Of a DNA stretch of 64,000 nucleotides, positions 31,780 to 42,711 are shown in pieces. The notes under the pieces were generated by a model, which saw nothing but the letters and a program-made list of their open reading frames with translations, searched no databases and was not told where the DNA came from. Positions within the stretch are counted from its first letter, which is position 1, and every line of letters begins with the position of its first letter. Source of the DNA: Verrucomicrobiota bacterium (GTDB lineage Bacteria; Verrucomicrobiota; Verrucomicrobiia; Opitutales; Coraliomargaritaceae); NCBI GenBank assembly GCA_039815375.1, contig JBCBZJ010000001.1:1-64000 (forward strand), read 5' to 3'. The position numbers and the translations under genes were made by a program.

Positions 31780-32436
31780 TTAATTGTATGGGATACTGGC
31801 GCGCATGCGCACCTTGACAGCCTGCCCGCCCTTTGTTGCGGGTTCAAAACGGGCCCGACGAAGTACATCCATCGTGGCATCGGAAAGGATACGATCAGGA
31901 GAATCGACGATCTTTACATCCTCAACTCGCCCGTTCTCGCTGACAATATATTCGACTCGGACAACCCCGGTAATGCCTTTACGCCTTGCTGCAGCCGGGT
32001 AGCTGAATTCGATGCGGGTGCGTGGCTTCGGCGGTGAGTCCACATCGCCAAGCTCGAAAATTTCTAAACCACCCAGATCGGTGCCGGCGACGTCGAAAGT
32101 TGGGAGAGCAAAGTCTCCGCCAAGTGCGCCACCGGTTCCCGGATTGAGGGCCATATCGAGCTGTTCCAGCGATATGGGGGGCGGAGGTGTATTTAGCTCG
32201 GGCGGTGGTTCCTCTTCTTCAGGTGGGGGTGGTTCAGGGGGATCCTCGGGTGGTGGCGGAGGTGGTGGCGGTGCTACATTAAGGGCCTCGATTTGTTCCG
32301 GCTCTTTTTGAAAATCGGTAAAGATCTGTGTCAGCGGAATGATGAGGAAAAGTGCACCACTCAAGCCGATGCCGATCACGGTCCCTGAGGCGCGCATGCC
32401 GACTCGGTGTTGCGGTGGACTGTAGATCTTTGCCAT
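31780..32436 (-). CDS. tonB: energy transducer TonB
   Basis: TM anchor, poly-Pro linker, TonB_C YPAAARRKGITGVV.VEYIV..NGRV...FEPA. Confidence 0.95.
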   Translation of the reverse strand: MAKIYSPPQHRVGMRASGTVIGIGLSGALFLIIPLTQIFTDFQKEPEQIEALNVAPPPPPPPPEDPPEPPPPEEEEPPPELNTPPPPISLEQLDMALNPGTGGALGGDFALPTFDVAGTDLGGLEIFELGDVDSPPKPRTRIEFSYPAAARRKGITGVVRVEYIVSENGRVEDVKIVDSPDRILSDATMDVLRRARFEPATKGGQAVKVRMRASIPYN

Positions 32437-32481
32437 CTGGAAAATGCTAAAAACTTCAGAAGCGATACTTTGAACGCTGGG

Positions 32482-32880
32482 CTATCGTTTCGTAGAGAAA
32501 TTAATGGACTTCGCACCGGCTAGCTTTGCTTCGCCATAGACTCGCGCGAAAACACCGTGATTGGCACCTTCGTCAGCCTGGATGATAACAGGTATGTCTT
32601 CCTGGAGCGTGAGCCGTTTCACGATAGGAGAAACACCTGCAATACCGATGTCTCGCCCACCGTAGATCACTTTGTTGTCGTTGGTGATAGCGATGAGGAT
32701 GCTGTTCTTCTCAAGTTGAATCGCCGCGGCTGCTTCTGGTTTGTTGACTTCTACACCTGTCTCTTCGACGAATACGGTCGTCACAATAAAGAAGATGAGG
32801 AGAATGAAGACCATGTCGATCATAGGCGAGAGGTTGATCTCGACATCGTCTCGTTCGTTGGCTGTGAGGTTTCGGCGCAT
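32482..32880 (-). CDS. exbD: biopolymer transporter ExbD
   Basis: [20 protein letters not shown]. Confidence 0.97.
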   Translation of the reverse strand: MRRNLTANERDDVEINLSPMIDMVFILLIFFIVTTVFVEETGVEVNKPEAAAAIQLEKNSILIAITNDNKVIYGGRDIGIAGVSPIVKRLTLQEDIPVIIQADEGANHGVFARVYGEAKLAGAKSINFSTKR

Positions 32881-32916
32881 TGGAGATATTGGTAAGAGTG
32901 GGAGTGTCTAAGACTT

Positions 32917-33501
32917 CTAATCGAGTTTCAGCTTGGTCAGACAGAGTGACTCGATGCGAGCAAGCGCAGCTTCGATCGCGTGTTGACGGTTGCGGATAAC
33001 GAGAATCAGGAAGATGCCGGGCAGCGCCACGACCAGTCCGGTTTGGGTTGTGATGAGAGCCTCTGAGATGCCCTGAGAAACGACGTCGACGGTATCACCG
33101 CCACTTTTCTTGGCGATACCTGAGAAGGTGGCCAGCATCCCGATAACAGTGCCAAGGAGGCCCATGAGCGGAGCTGCGGCAACCAAAGTATTGAGGAAGA
33201 TTAATCTACGTTCTACATCGTGGAGAATGGACTGGCGCACCTCTTCGAACCGATTTCGAACATGCTTTGAGCTGCGGGCATCCTCCTGTGTATAGCGGAT
33301 GATTTCGCCTGCACGGCCTTTGGCCTTTTCCGGGTTGTAGACCCATGTCATCCATTCGGAATCACTGCCGAGTTGTATGTTACCTTTGCGGAGGAAGAGC
33401 AAAAGCTCCGCACAGTTCGTATAGATCAGCAGAGCAAGAACTGCGAGTGGATACATGACCCATCCACCGCTATTCAGGATACTAAAAATCTGCTCAAACA
33501 T
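32917..33501 (-). CDS. exbB: MotA/TolQ/ExbB proton channel ExbB
   Basis: [26 protein letters not shown]. Confidence 0.95.
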   Translation of the reverse strand: MFEQIFSILNSGGWVMYPLAVLALLIYTNCAELLLFLRKGNIQLGSDSEWMTWVYNPEKAKGRAGEIIRYTQEDARSSKHVRNRFEEVRQSILHDVERRLIFLNTLVAAAPLMGLLGTVIGMLATFSGIAKKSGGDTVDVVSQGISEALITTQTGLVVALPGIFLILVIRNRQHAIEAALARIESLCLTKLKLD

Positions 33502-33526
33502 GACTGATATTCAAAATGGAGCTTTG

Positions 33527-34927
33527 TTAACTGCGAGAGCCCATCACGCCGTTGATAAAGCCGACTGCGATCTGCTCAAGGTCGCCGACTTTTTGACGGG
33601 CCATGCGCGAAATCAGGCCATGAGCAATTAGCGAAGGAATCGCGACGATCAGGCCGAGTTCTGTCGTGACAAGTGCTTGGGAAATACCATCAGCGAGGTT
33701 ACTCGCGTCACCGGTTCCGAAAACGGTGATGAGCTTGAAAGTGTTGATCATCCCGGTGACGGTTCCAAGCAGTCCAAGAAGTGGAGCTGCCGCTGCGGTC
33801 AAGGCCATGAAAGGCAGGAAGCGCTCGAGCTTTGGCCGGGCAACCAGAATCTTCTCATAGAGAATTTCTTCCAGTGTGCCACGCTTCTCACATGCATGTT
33901 CCACGCCTTTGCGTAGCAAGTCGCCACCTGCGCCGCCGATTTCGGAAGCCAAAGCTTGAGCCTTGGCGAGATCGTTGGCTTCAACCTGTTCCAGAACGCC
34001 CTGAATTTGAGCGGAAGATGGTGTTTTGAAGGCCACCACTTCTATGATTTTGAATAGACCGATCAGCAGACAAACTGCACCGAGACCAATAATGATGTAG
34101 CCCCAGAGCCCACCTTGGGCAATGTGTTCCATGGTGGTATCTTTGCTCTCTTCGATCTTAAGTGCTTTGCCAAGTGTTGGATCGGTCGGAATGACGCCGT
34201 CTTTGTTCGAGATGAACTCGCGAATCATACCGGTTGCACTGCCATCTAATACGGCAATCGCCGCTTCTGCTGCATTGAGCTTATTAAATGTGATGCCGGC
34301 AGCCTCGGACTGCGAGGAGGAGAAATAAACTGCGGGGCCGTATGCGGCAAAAGTGCCTTCTTCGATCATGCCGTTGGGCGTGAGGGCCTGACCTTCAAAA
34401 GTGTAGCCGCCGACAAGTTCTTCGAGGCGACCAATGGCAACACCGATCACATCAATCTGTTTGTCGAAGCGTTCGGCCTGTGTCAGGTTCGGATCGTCAA
34501 GCGCGAGGCGTGCTTCTTCTGCTGCAGAAGCGTAGAGTTGAACCTCACTAAAATCGATTCGGGTTTCGAAAGAGCGGACGAATTCATCGAGGAGTCCGGC
34601 AGCATACTCGTTTTGTGCTTTAATGGCTTCGACCTGTTCGCGGAGCCGGTTCAGGCCGAGGTCGCTGTTGTCGCGGAGGCGTCGGAGGCGGTCCAGCTCG
34701 GAAGACTTTTGGCGCACCTTATTTTCTAGAGAGGATACTTCACGGATGAGCGGTATCTTGTCCTTAGCGATGCTCTCGCGGGTGGCGTTGAGCTCATCAA
34801 GAGCAGCTTGCAGGTCCTTGTCGGCTTGAGCGCTTGCGGATTGAAAGCTTTGTGCCTGGGCGGACGTCAGAGGCAAAGCAAGAGCTGTTAGCGTCGCGAC
34901 GAGAATGGTTTTGAGAGAAGCTTGCAT
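33527..34927 (-). CDS. large ExbB-family protein with periplasmic coiled-coil domain (TtpC-like)
   Basis: Signal peptide, coiled coil, PTDPTLG, C-terminal [26 protein letters not shown]. Confidence 0.9.
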   Translation of the reverse strand: MQASLKTILVATLTALALPLTSAQAQSFQSASAQADKDLQAALDELNATRESIAKDKIPLIREVSSLENKVRQKSSELDRLRRLRDNSDLGLNRLREQVEAIKAQNEYAAGLLDEFVRSFETRIDFSEVQLYASAAEEARLALDDPNLTQAERFDKQIDVIGVAIGRLEELVGGYTFEGQALTPNGMIEEGTFAAYGPAVYFSSSQSEAAGITFNKLNAAEAAIAVLDGSATGMIREFISNKDGVIPTDPTLGKALKIEESKDTTMEHIAQGGLWGYIIIGLGAVCLLIGLFKIIEVVAFKTPSSAQIQGVLEQVEANDLAKAQALASEIGGAGGDLLRKGVEHACEKRGTLEEILYEKILVARPKLERFLPFMALTAAAAPLLGLLGTVTGMINTFKLITVFGTGDASNLADGISQALVTTELGLIVAIPSLIAHGLISRMARQKVGDLEQIAVGFINGVMGSRS

Positions 34928-34950
34928 GGTTCGTGGCTAAATCGGAGGTT

Positions 34951-35712
34951 TTACTTGATGCTTGCTGGAACGTTGACGAACTCAATGTCCTCGGTGCCCT
35001 CGTAGACCTCGATCAGACGTTTGATTTCGGCACTGGAGTCTTGCATGCGGGGCCATTCCCAGCCATCCGGAGTCGGGTGGCCCATACCCGCGTATTCGCC
35101 GGAAGCATCGACGTAGTAGGCGGCAGCAAGACCGAGGTAGATCGTGCGCACTTCGACGACTTTGCCGCCTTCAATTTCGCGCGATTCACTGGTTTGTGTG
35201 ATCGTGGTATTAAACTTATCGGTCTGGCTGAGGATACCGACGATGTTCTGCACGCGCTCACCCAGCGAGAGGGATGTATTTTCAGGGTCCTCCGGTAGCC
35301 GGCGAATGAGGGGCTTGATGGTATCAACCAGAGGCTCAGGCAGCGTTTTAACGATAGCCTTCATCTGGGTCTCGAGCCCGCCGATATTGGCTTCGACAAC
35401 AGTAGAGGCTGCAGTCAGCGCGTCTTTTTCTGCTGTAAGCTTAGCGCGGTCTTCGTCGGCTGCGGTGGCCGATGCTTCGAGTTCTTTGAGTGCAGTGTCC
35501 AGCCGTTGCGTTTCGCTTGTTAGCAAGTTGACCGTATCGGTGAGGATGGACTGTTCGAGCTGCCAGTTCGTGTTTTCTTCAGAAATGATCTGGCGTGTCT
35601 CCACCCATTCTTCGAGGACACTACGCGTATCGCCTACTTTATCTGCTGCGTGGAGTGCGCCGGTAGTGGCTAGAGTAGCCGCTGAAAGGGCCATAAGAAA
35701 TCTGTTCTTCAT
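34951..35712 (-). CDS. DUF3450-family periplasmic coiled-coil protein (TtpB-like)
   Basis: Signal peptide, coiled coil, SLGERVQ, VRTIYLG.AAAYY motifs; first gene of the tonB operon. Confidence 0.82.
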   Translation of the reverse strand: MKNRFLMALSAATLATTGALHAADKVGDTRSVLEEWVETRQIISEENTNWQLEQSILTDTVNLLTSETQRLDTALKELEASATAADEDRAKLTAEKDALTAASTVVEANIGGLETQMKAIVKTLPEPLVDTIKPLIRRLPEDPENTSLSLGERVQNIVGILSQTDKFNTTITQTSESREIEGGKVVEVRTIYLGLAAAYYVDASGEYAGMGHPTPDGWEWPRMQDSSAEIKRLIEVYEGTEDIEFVNVPASIK

Positions 35713-35772
35713 AATCAAATTTAAGGAGTGGCGAGCGTTATCAGAAAGGGTGTGTCGATGAAAGCGCGCGTC

Positions 35773-35812
35773 TGTTAAGCTTAGGTGTCTGTAATGTTAC
35801 AATGGTGTTAAG
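35773..35812 (-). promoter_or_regulatory. Pho-box-like array upstream of TonB2-type operon
   Basis: TGTTAAG (35773), TGTTACA (35795), TGTTAAG (35806) in 11-bp phase. Confidence 0.72.
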
Positions 35813-36029
35813 CGACTAAGCGAGACACGGCCAATAGGGTATTCCGAATTTCGAGTAGTAGACATTCAATTCTTTATAGAATCGGGGGAATAATGTTAAA
35901 TTTTCTGACATTATGTTAGATATTTTGCCAAATGCGAGGATAAATGTGCCATAGCGAGCGTTACTTTGGCTGTTGGCTAATTCCCGCTTGCGCCGAAACA
36001 ACCGACAGTCCAGCATGAATAGGTCGATT

Positions 36030-36402
<373 letters not shown>

Positions 36403-36490
36403 GTCGACACTTTCACTCGCATATGGTGGAGGTTTCCGCCTTGACAGGCTCTTTGTAAAACACCACCTTCCACGCCTTTTTCAATTTATC

Positions 36491-36752
<262 letters not shown>

Positions 36753-36775
36753 AAAAATTCTACCCTAACCCCTAT

Positions 36776-36811
36776 TGCCCCCGGATTCGCTTGTCGGTCC
36801 GGGGGCATTTT
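36776..36811 (+). terminator. terminator after rpsT
   Basis: TGCCCCCGGAT...GTCCGGGGGCA followed by TTTT. Confidence 0.75.
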
Positions 36812-36828
36812 GTATCCACTGTCTACAG

Positions 36829-37641
36829 ATGCCGGCAAAATCCAGTTCGAAAAATGCCATCGGTTTTCCTCCAACCTTGCTGGGCGACGCGCCTTTCAGA
36901 CTTTTGATCCTTGGCGATTCAGAGCCATGGCTTGCTCTGGATAAACCAGCCGGGGTCGGCATGCGGGCTTTTCCCTGGGATGAGAAGCCGGATATCGACG
37001 CTGCACTCAATCTCCAGCTTCAGGAGGCTAAGCCTGAGTTGATGCGCACGGGCGCCAGCTTATTTGGTTCCGTCTATTACCTCGACCCTGAGATCTCGGG
37101 TGTGGCGGTTTTTGCAAAGAACCGGGATAGTTTGGCTGAACTGCGGAATCGTTTCGGTTCGGGCGAGTGTCGATTCAAGTTCCTATTCATTGCAGGCCGC
37201 CATGATGATCTGGAAGTAGAATTTCGTGCAGATGCCCCGTTGCTTCCACACCGGGTCAAGCCGAAGATGATTCCTTCAACAGCCAAGGGAAAAAAGTCTT
37301 TCACCGATTTCCGGAAGTTGGACGAATCCAAGCTTGGTTGGGCGCTCTGGGAGGCAAGGACTGATTTTTTCCGGCCGCATCAGGTGCGGGCTCATGCCGC
37401 CACACATGGTATCCCTGTCCTCGGCGATACCGTCTATGGCGGTCCGGTTGCTCCAACTGTGCGCCAGCTCCAGCCCCGCGCTCGTCGCTCTGATCTGGAT
37501 AAGTCGGTTTATCAGGGCCTGGCGATTCACCTCTCGCGGGCCGAGCTTTTCGCAGGCGAGCCGGACTCCGCCATTGAGTCGCACCTACCAAAGCAACTCA
37601 GCCTTCTACTCAAACGACTCGGTTTAACTAGTGAGGCCTAA
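36829..37641 (+). CDS. RluA-family pseudouridine synthase, divergent motifs
   Basis: [17 protein letters not shown] (for HRLD..TSG), [16 protein letters not shown]. Confidence 0.85.
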   Translation: MPAKSSSKNAIGFPPTLLGDAPFRLLILGDSEPWLALDKPAGVGMRAFPWDEKPDIDAALNLQLQEAKPELMRTGASLFGSVYYLDPEISGVAVFAKNRDSLAELRNRFGSGECRFKFLFIAGRHDDLEVEFRADAPLLPHRVKPKMIPSTAKGKKSFTDFRKLDESKLGWALWEARTDFFRPHQVRAHAATHGIPVLGDTVYGGPVAPTVRQLQPRARRSDLDKSVYQGLAIHLSRAELFAGEPDSAIESHLPKQLSLLLKRLGLTSEA

Positions 37642-37715
37642 TTAAGCTCCAGAATAGGAACTTGCTATTTGATGGCGGGTTCCTTTCCTTCTCCGGTTTT
37701 TCAACAAATATCGCT

Positions 37716-38033
37716 ATGGAATTTTCTGCTCTTTTTCCGCTTGCTCAAGCGAATCCCGGAGGTGGCGGCCTCACACAATTTCTGCCCATTATTTTACTTT
37801 TTGTCGGTATGTGGTTTCTGATCATTGCGCCGCAGCGCAAACGCCAGAAAGCCCACGAGCAAATGCTCTCCGAACTCAAGACCGGCGACGAAGTGGTCAC
37901 CAGTGGAGGCATTTATGGCACCATCACAAACGTTAAGGATGACCGCTTCGTTCTGCGCATCGCCGACAATACTAAAATCGAGCTTGGAAAGAACTTTGTT
38001 GCCAACAAGGTCGATGCCGAAGCAGCCAGTTAA
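37716..38033 (+). CDS. yajC: preprotein translocase subunit YajC
   Basis: FLIIAPQRKRQK.H..ML..LK.GDEVVTSGGIYG, upstream of secDF. Confidence 0.97.
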   Translation: MEFSALFPLAQANPGGGGLTQFLPIILLFVGMWFLIIAPQRKRQKAHEQMLSELKTGDEVVTSGGIYGTITNVKDDRFVLRIADNTKIELGKNFVANKVDAEAAS

Positions 38034-38071
38034 TCGATACCAACTTCATAAATAACCGTTAGGTTTTGCCC

Positions 38072-40633
38072 ATGTCCGGTAACATACTTTGGAAATTTCT
38101 ACTCACCTGCACGATCATCTTCTGGTGCGCGATGAGTATCTCCCCGCTTCAGGATCGTCCTTTCGAAGATTACATTGTCGCGCAGGTCACTGCTGAGCAG
38201 AATGAGTTTGCCGACGTTCTACAACGTGCAGAGGCTCGCGTTGACGCAGGCGAATCCCCCACGCTTTTCATCGCGCTTCGTGATCTCGGTTTGGAAGAGG
38301 GCATTAATTACGCGAAGTTCTTTCCTCAGATTAACGTGGCCGATGTGGCCAATCAGAACAAGCGGAACGATATCCTGCTGAAGCACATTCTCAAAACCGC
38401 CCAGAGCCAACTAAAGCTTGGTCTCGACCTGAAGGGCGGCGTTGGTGTGACACTTAAGATCGACGAAACGGCGATCGAAGGCTTGGATCAATTTGAGCAG
38501 GCGGATCAGCTTGAGAAAGCCATCACTATCATGGGCGACCGTCTGGACGGTATGGGTGTCGCCGAGCCGGTAATCCGTGCACGCGGTGATAATGCGATCG
38601 AAATCCAGCTCGCTGGTCTTTCGACCAAGGATAATCCAGAGGTGATTGATTCGATCAAGAAGCCGGCCCGTCTTGAATTTCGTGCTGTTCATCCCGAATT
38701 GCGCCCTGATACAACGCCGACTAACCGCTATCCGGTTGGCTATGAGGTTCTGTCGGAAGAGATTGAAGATCGTCGCAGCGGCGAGGTTTTTGAAAGCCGC
38801 TATTTCGTGAAGATGATTCCGGAGGCGACTGGTGAGATCATTGAGGATGCTTTCGCCTCGCAAACTCCAAATGGTGGTTTCCAGATCAATCTGGTGATGA
38901 CGAATGATGGCGCAAAGGTGTTTCGCCAGGTCACGGAGCGCTTCGCTCCACAGGGCAACCAGCCGGGGCGTCCGTTGGCGATTGTTCTGGACGGCAAACT
39001 TTACTCTGCTCCGAGGATTCAGGCTGTTCTTTCCAAGAATGCCCAAATTACAGGAAGTTTCTCACAACGCGAAGCACTTGAGTTGGCTAATGTTCTCAAC
39101 AATCCGCTGGCAGTGGAGTTGCGTGTCGATGAGATGTATGAGGTCGGTCCGACAATGGCAGCCGGTGCTCGTGACAGTTCTGTCAATGCAGCCCAGTGGG
39201 GCGCAATTGCAGTTGTTGCGTTCATGATCATTTACTACTTTCTGGGCGGGATCGTCGCGGTTACCTCCGCAATCATTAACGTTATCATTGTCCTTGGTGT
39301 ATTGGCCAGCCTCGGTGCCACGCTCACTCTGCCGGGTGTTGCTGCGCTGGTCCTCACACTCGGTATGGGTGTGGATGCAAACATCCTGATTTTTGAACGT
39401 ATCCGCGAAGAGCTTCGTGCCGGTAAGAGTATAAAGAATGCCACCGCCGGTGCCTTCCAGAAAGTGACCTCCACCATCGTGGACGCGAATGTCACTACGC
39501 TGATCACTGCAACGATTCTCATCTGGCTCGGCACTGGTCCGGTCAAGGGCTTCGGTATCACGCTGGCGATTGGTATCTGCGCCTCGATTTTCTGTGCCCT
39601 TGTCGTGACTCGTTTCATCGTCGACTTCCTCGTTCATCAGATTGGCGTTTCAAAGGTGCTTGGGCTGAGTCTTTTTCCGGAACGTAAGATCGATTTCTTC
39701 AAGTTCCGTAAGCCTGCCTTTGCCGCTTCCTGGATGCTCGTGCTTGCTGGAGTCGTTAGTGTGGTGATGCATCACGACAATATTCTTGGTAAGGATTTTA
39801 CCGGTGGTGACGAAATGACTGTCAGTTACACGGAGCGTGTTTCAACGGATGAGATCATGCAGGTCGTCGATCAGCAGGATCTTGGTGATGTTACTGCGCT
39901 TTACCAAACATTGATTGGTGACGGAAGCGAAGTGCTCAAGATTCAGACTCCATTCGATCAGGGGCGCACGGTTCTGGAAGCCCTCAAAGCTGCCTTCCCG
40001 ACGGCAGGCCTGGATGAAGCAGGCCTCAGTCAAATCGGGGCTTCTGTTTCAAAGAGCATTCAATGGAATGCTTTGCTTTCTGTTGTTTGCGCACTTGGTG
40101 GTATTCTTCTTTACGTGGCCCTTCGATTCGAGATGGGCTACGGCATCGGTGCGGTTGTCGCTACGATCCACGATGTGCTGATGACGATCGGTATCTTCGT
40201 GATCTGTGGCGCACTTGGCATCTTTGTCAGCGGCCAGTTCACCGCGCCGATGTTGGCCGCGATTCTCATGATCGTCGGTTACTCGATCAACGATACCATT
40301 GTTGTGTTCGACCGTATCCGTGAAGAGCTCGAGCTAAATCCCGGCACCGATTTGCGCAGTATTATCAACATGGCGATCAGCCGCGTATTCTCCCGCTCCT
40401 TGCTCACAAGTATCACTACTTTGCTGGCAGCGACTTCGCTTTATGTTTTCGGCGCAGGCATCATCAACGATTTCTCTTTTGTTTTCATCATCGGCATCCT
40501 GACCGGGACCTTTTCCTCTATTTTCATTGCCAGTCCGGTATTCTACTGGTGGCATAAGGGGGATCGCCGCCACGTTGAAGAGCGCGAATTAACCCCGAAG
40601 CGCTACGAGTGGGAGAGCCAGAAAGAAGCTTAG
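38072..40633 (+). CDS. secDF: fused protein translocase SecDF
   Basis: LGLDLKGG, LAIVLDG, LTLPG..GM.VDANILIFERIREE, GKDFTGG, GYSINDTIVVFDRIRE. Confidence 0.97.
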   Translation: MSGNILWKFLLTCTIIFWCAMSISPLQDRPFEDYIVAQVTAEQNEFADVLQRAEARVDAGESPTLFIALRDLGLEEGINYAKFFPQINVADVANQNKRNDILLKHILKTAQSQLKLGLDLKGGVGVTLKIDETAIEGLDQFEQADQLEKAITIMGDRLDGMGVAEPVIRARGDNAIEIQLAGLSTKDNPEVIDSIKKPARLEFRAVHPELRPDTTPTNRYPVGYEVLSEEIEDRRSGEVFESRYFVKMIPEATGEIIEDAFASQTPNGGFQINLVMTNDGAKVFRQVTERFAPQGNQPGRPLAIVLDGKLYSAPRIQAVLSKNAQITGSFSQREALELANVLNNPLAVELRVDEMYEVGPTMAAGARDSSVNAAQWGAIAVVAFMIIYYFLGGIVAVTSAIINVIIVLGVLASLGATLTLPGVAALVLTLGMGVDANILIFERIREELRAGKSIKNATAGAFQKVTSTIVDANVTTLITATILIWLGTGPVKGFGITLAIGICASIFCALVVTRFIVDFLVHQIGVSKVLGLSLFPERKIDFFKFRKPAFAASWMLVLAGVVSVVMHHDNILGKDFTGGDEMTVSYTERVSTDEIMQVVDQQDLGDVTALYQTLIGDGSEVLKIQTPFDQGRTVLEALKAAFPTAGLDEAGLSQIGASVSKSIQWNALLSVVCALGGILLYVALRFEMGYGIGAVVATIHDVLMTIGIFVICGALGIFVSGQFTAPMLAAILMIVGYSINDTIVVFDRIREELELNPGTDLRSIINMAISRVFSRSLLTSITTLLAATSLYVFGAGIINDFSFVFIIGILTGTFSSIFIASPVFYWWHKGDRRHVEERELTPKRYEWESQKEA

Positions 40634-40715
40634 TCTTGTCGTTGATTGATGACGGGTGGCGGTTTGGCAACGGATCGTCACTTCTGTTTCAGACTCTATT
40701 AATCGAATCGAATCC

Positions 40716-42428
40716 ATGCGTTGGACAGTAGTTGAGACTGACGAAGCTCTTGCCGAAAAAATGTCAGATGAGCTGGGTGTCTCAACGGTCTGCGGCAAAT
40801 TGCTTGCGCAGCTGGGCTTTCCTTCGATCGAAGAAGCGGAAGAGTTCCTTCGGCCACGTTTGGCGCATCTGGACAATCCATATGCGCTGACAAATCTGGA
40901 AGACGCAGCGAGGCGAATTGAGGCTGCGGTCAACCAAGGGGAGGAGGTCGTTGTTTTCGGTGACTATGACGTCGATGGCATTACCAGCACGGTGCAGCTG
41001 ATCGGCATGTTGCGTTTGCTTGGCTTGAAGCCGCGCTTTTGCGTGCCGCGGCGGCTGAAGGAGGGTTATGGACTAAGCCGGGAGGCGATCGACCGTATTT
41101 TCGACGGCCAGGCACCTCAGCTTTTCATTGCTCTGGATTGTGGCACGAATGCGCATGAGCCGGTGGCTTATCTGCGCGAAATGGGTGTTGATGTAATCAT
41201 TGTTGATCACCACCAGGCCAAGGATAAACCCGTTGCCGATTGCACGCTCGTCAATCCCCACGTCAATGATCCTGCGGATGCGCCTTGGCGGGACTTGTGC
41301 ACGGCCGGACTGGTTTTTAAATTGCTTCACGGCCTGCTGAAGTGCCTGCGCCAGTCGGATGATCCACGTGTAGAGTCGATTCAACTTAAAGATACACTCG
41401 ACCTTGTGGCGCTTGGCACGGTGGCAGATCTGGTTCCCTTGCATCATGAAAATCGTATTCTGTCTTGGTATGGCCTACGTCACCTCCGGGCCAATGGTAG
41501 GACCGGGATACGTGCTCTCGCCGAGGTAAGCGGCATCGATACGGCACAGGAGATGACGAGTTCGGATATTTCTTTTAAGCTTGGTCCTCGGATCAACGCT
41601 TGTGGACGCTTGGCCGATGCAGCCCGCCCGATCCAGCTTTTGCTGGGAGAGGATTACAGGAGCTGCTGTGATATCGCAAAAGAGCTTGATACGCTCAACA
41701 AGGAACGACAGTCGATCGAGCGGAGCATTACGAAAGAGGCGGAGATTCGGGCCGAGACGGATTTCGCCAACAAGCCGGGGGTTGTGCTTTACGGAGAGGA
41801 TTGGCACCCCGGAGTGGTGGGTATCGTCGCCAGCCGCGTCAGTCGACGCCTGCACAAGCCTTGCATTATTTTAGGAGCCGAGGGTGAGATGGCGAAGGGT
41901 TCCGGCCGGAGTGTCGCCAACGTTAACCTCGTTGAAGTTTTCCAGCGTTGTTGCCACTTGCTGGATCACTGGGGTGGCCACCCAATGGCAGCTGGAATTG
42001 CGCTGAAAGCCGAGAATGTGGCTGCGTTTACAGAGTGTTTTATCTCAAGTCTAAGTTCGATGTATCCGGAAGGTTTACCCGATGCCTCGTTGGATGTGTC
42101 CACTTGGCTCGACCTCAACGAACTGAATGAGCAGTTACTTGAGGAGCTCGATCGCCTGCACCCATTTGGGCAGGGAAATTCCGAACCGATATTTGGACTT
42201 CGCTCGATTACTTTTGAAGAAGCCCCCCAAGCCTTTGGTCAGAACAACTTCCGCTTTCGTCTGCCCCCTGTCGAGGGTCGCGCAATATCCGGTATTGCAT
42301 GGGGTATGAGTCAGGCACCGATTCCCGGTAAAACGGTTGATTTGGCTTTGCGTTTCTCATGGAACCACTGGCGTGGTAGTCGCTACCCGCAGGTGACCCT
42401 GGTTGACTGGAGAGCTGCGGAAGCCTGA
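40716..42428 (+). CDS. recJ: single-stranded-DNA exonuclease RecJ
   Basis: GDYDVDG, DCGT, VDHH, LGTVAD, PRINA.GRL, WHPGVVGIVA, GSGRS, GGHPMAAG. Confidence 0.98.
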   Translation: MRWTVVETDEALAEKMSDELGVSTVCGKLLAQLGFPSIEEAEEFLRPRLAHLDNPYALTNLEDAARRIEAAVNQGEEVVVFGDYDVDGITSTVQLIGMLRLLGLKPRFCVPRRLKEGYGLSREAIDRIFDGQAPQLFIALDCGTNAHEPVAYLREMGVDVIIVDHHQAKDKPVADCTLVNPHVNDPADAPWRDLCTAGLVFKLLHGLLKCLRQSDDPRVESIQLKDTLDLVALGTVADLVPLHHENRILSWYGLRHLRANGRTGIRALAEVSGIDTAQEMTSSDISFKLGPRINACGRLADAARPIQLLLGEDYRSCCDIAKELDTLNKERQSIERSITKEAEIRAETDFANKPGVVLYGEDWHPGVVGIVASRVSRRLHKPCIILGAEGEMAKGSGRSVANVNLVEVFQRCCHLLDHWGGHPMAAGIALKAENVAAFTECFISSLSSMYPEGLPDASLDVSTWLDLNELNEQLLEELDRLHPFGQGNSEPIFGLRSITFEEAPQAFGQNNFRFRLPPVEGRAISGIAWGMSQAPIPGKTVDLALRFSWNHWRGSRYPQVTLVDWRAAEA

Positions 42429-42711
42429 GATCCCGTTTGCAACTCCACTTGGTCAAAGAACTTATCGGGTCTTTTTGGGCCGCCCCGGAGTGAGTTCTTT
42501 TGATCTGCTTCTGAGACACCTACTGTCGAGTTCGTATAAGAACAAACTCACTGAAATCTCCATCTTGGTTGTCAATGCGTCTATTCAACCCGAACTATGC
42601 AAACGGATTTTTTGAACAAAAGGTTTATCTTTGTAAGTGCCTTTGAATCAGGCACATTTCCAATGCATCGCATTAAAAATGTGCTCACCAGAATGGTGTT
42701 TTCGAATTGTT

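Noticed and set aside
42505..42530. TPP riboswitch (CTGAGA core) upstream of pdxJ
   Set aside because: Lacks the P2/P4/P5 motifs (CCC..GAACCTGA, GGATAATGCC.GCG.AGG)
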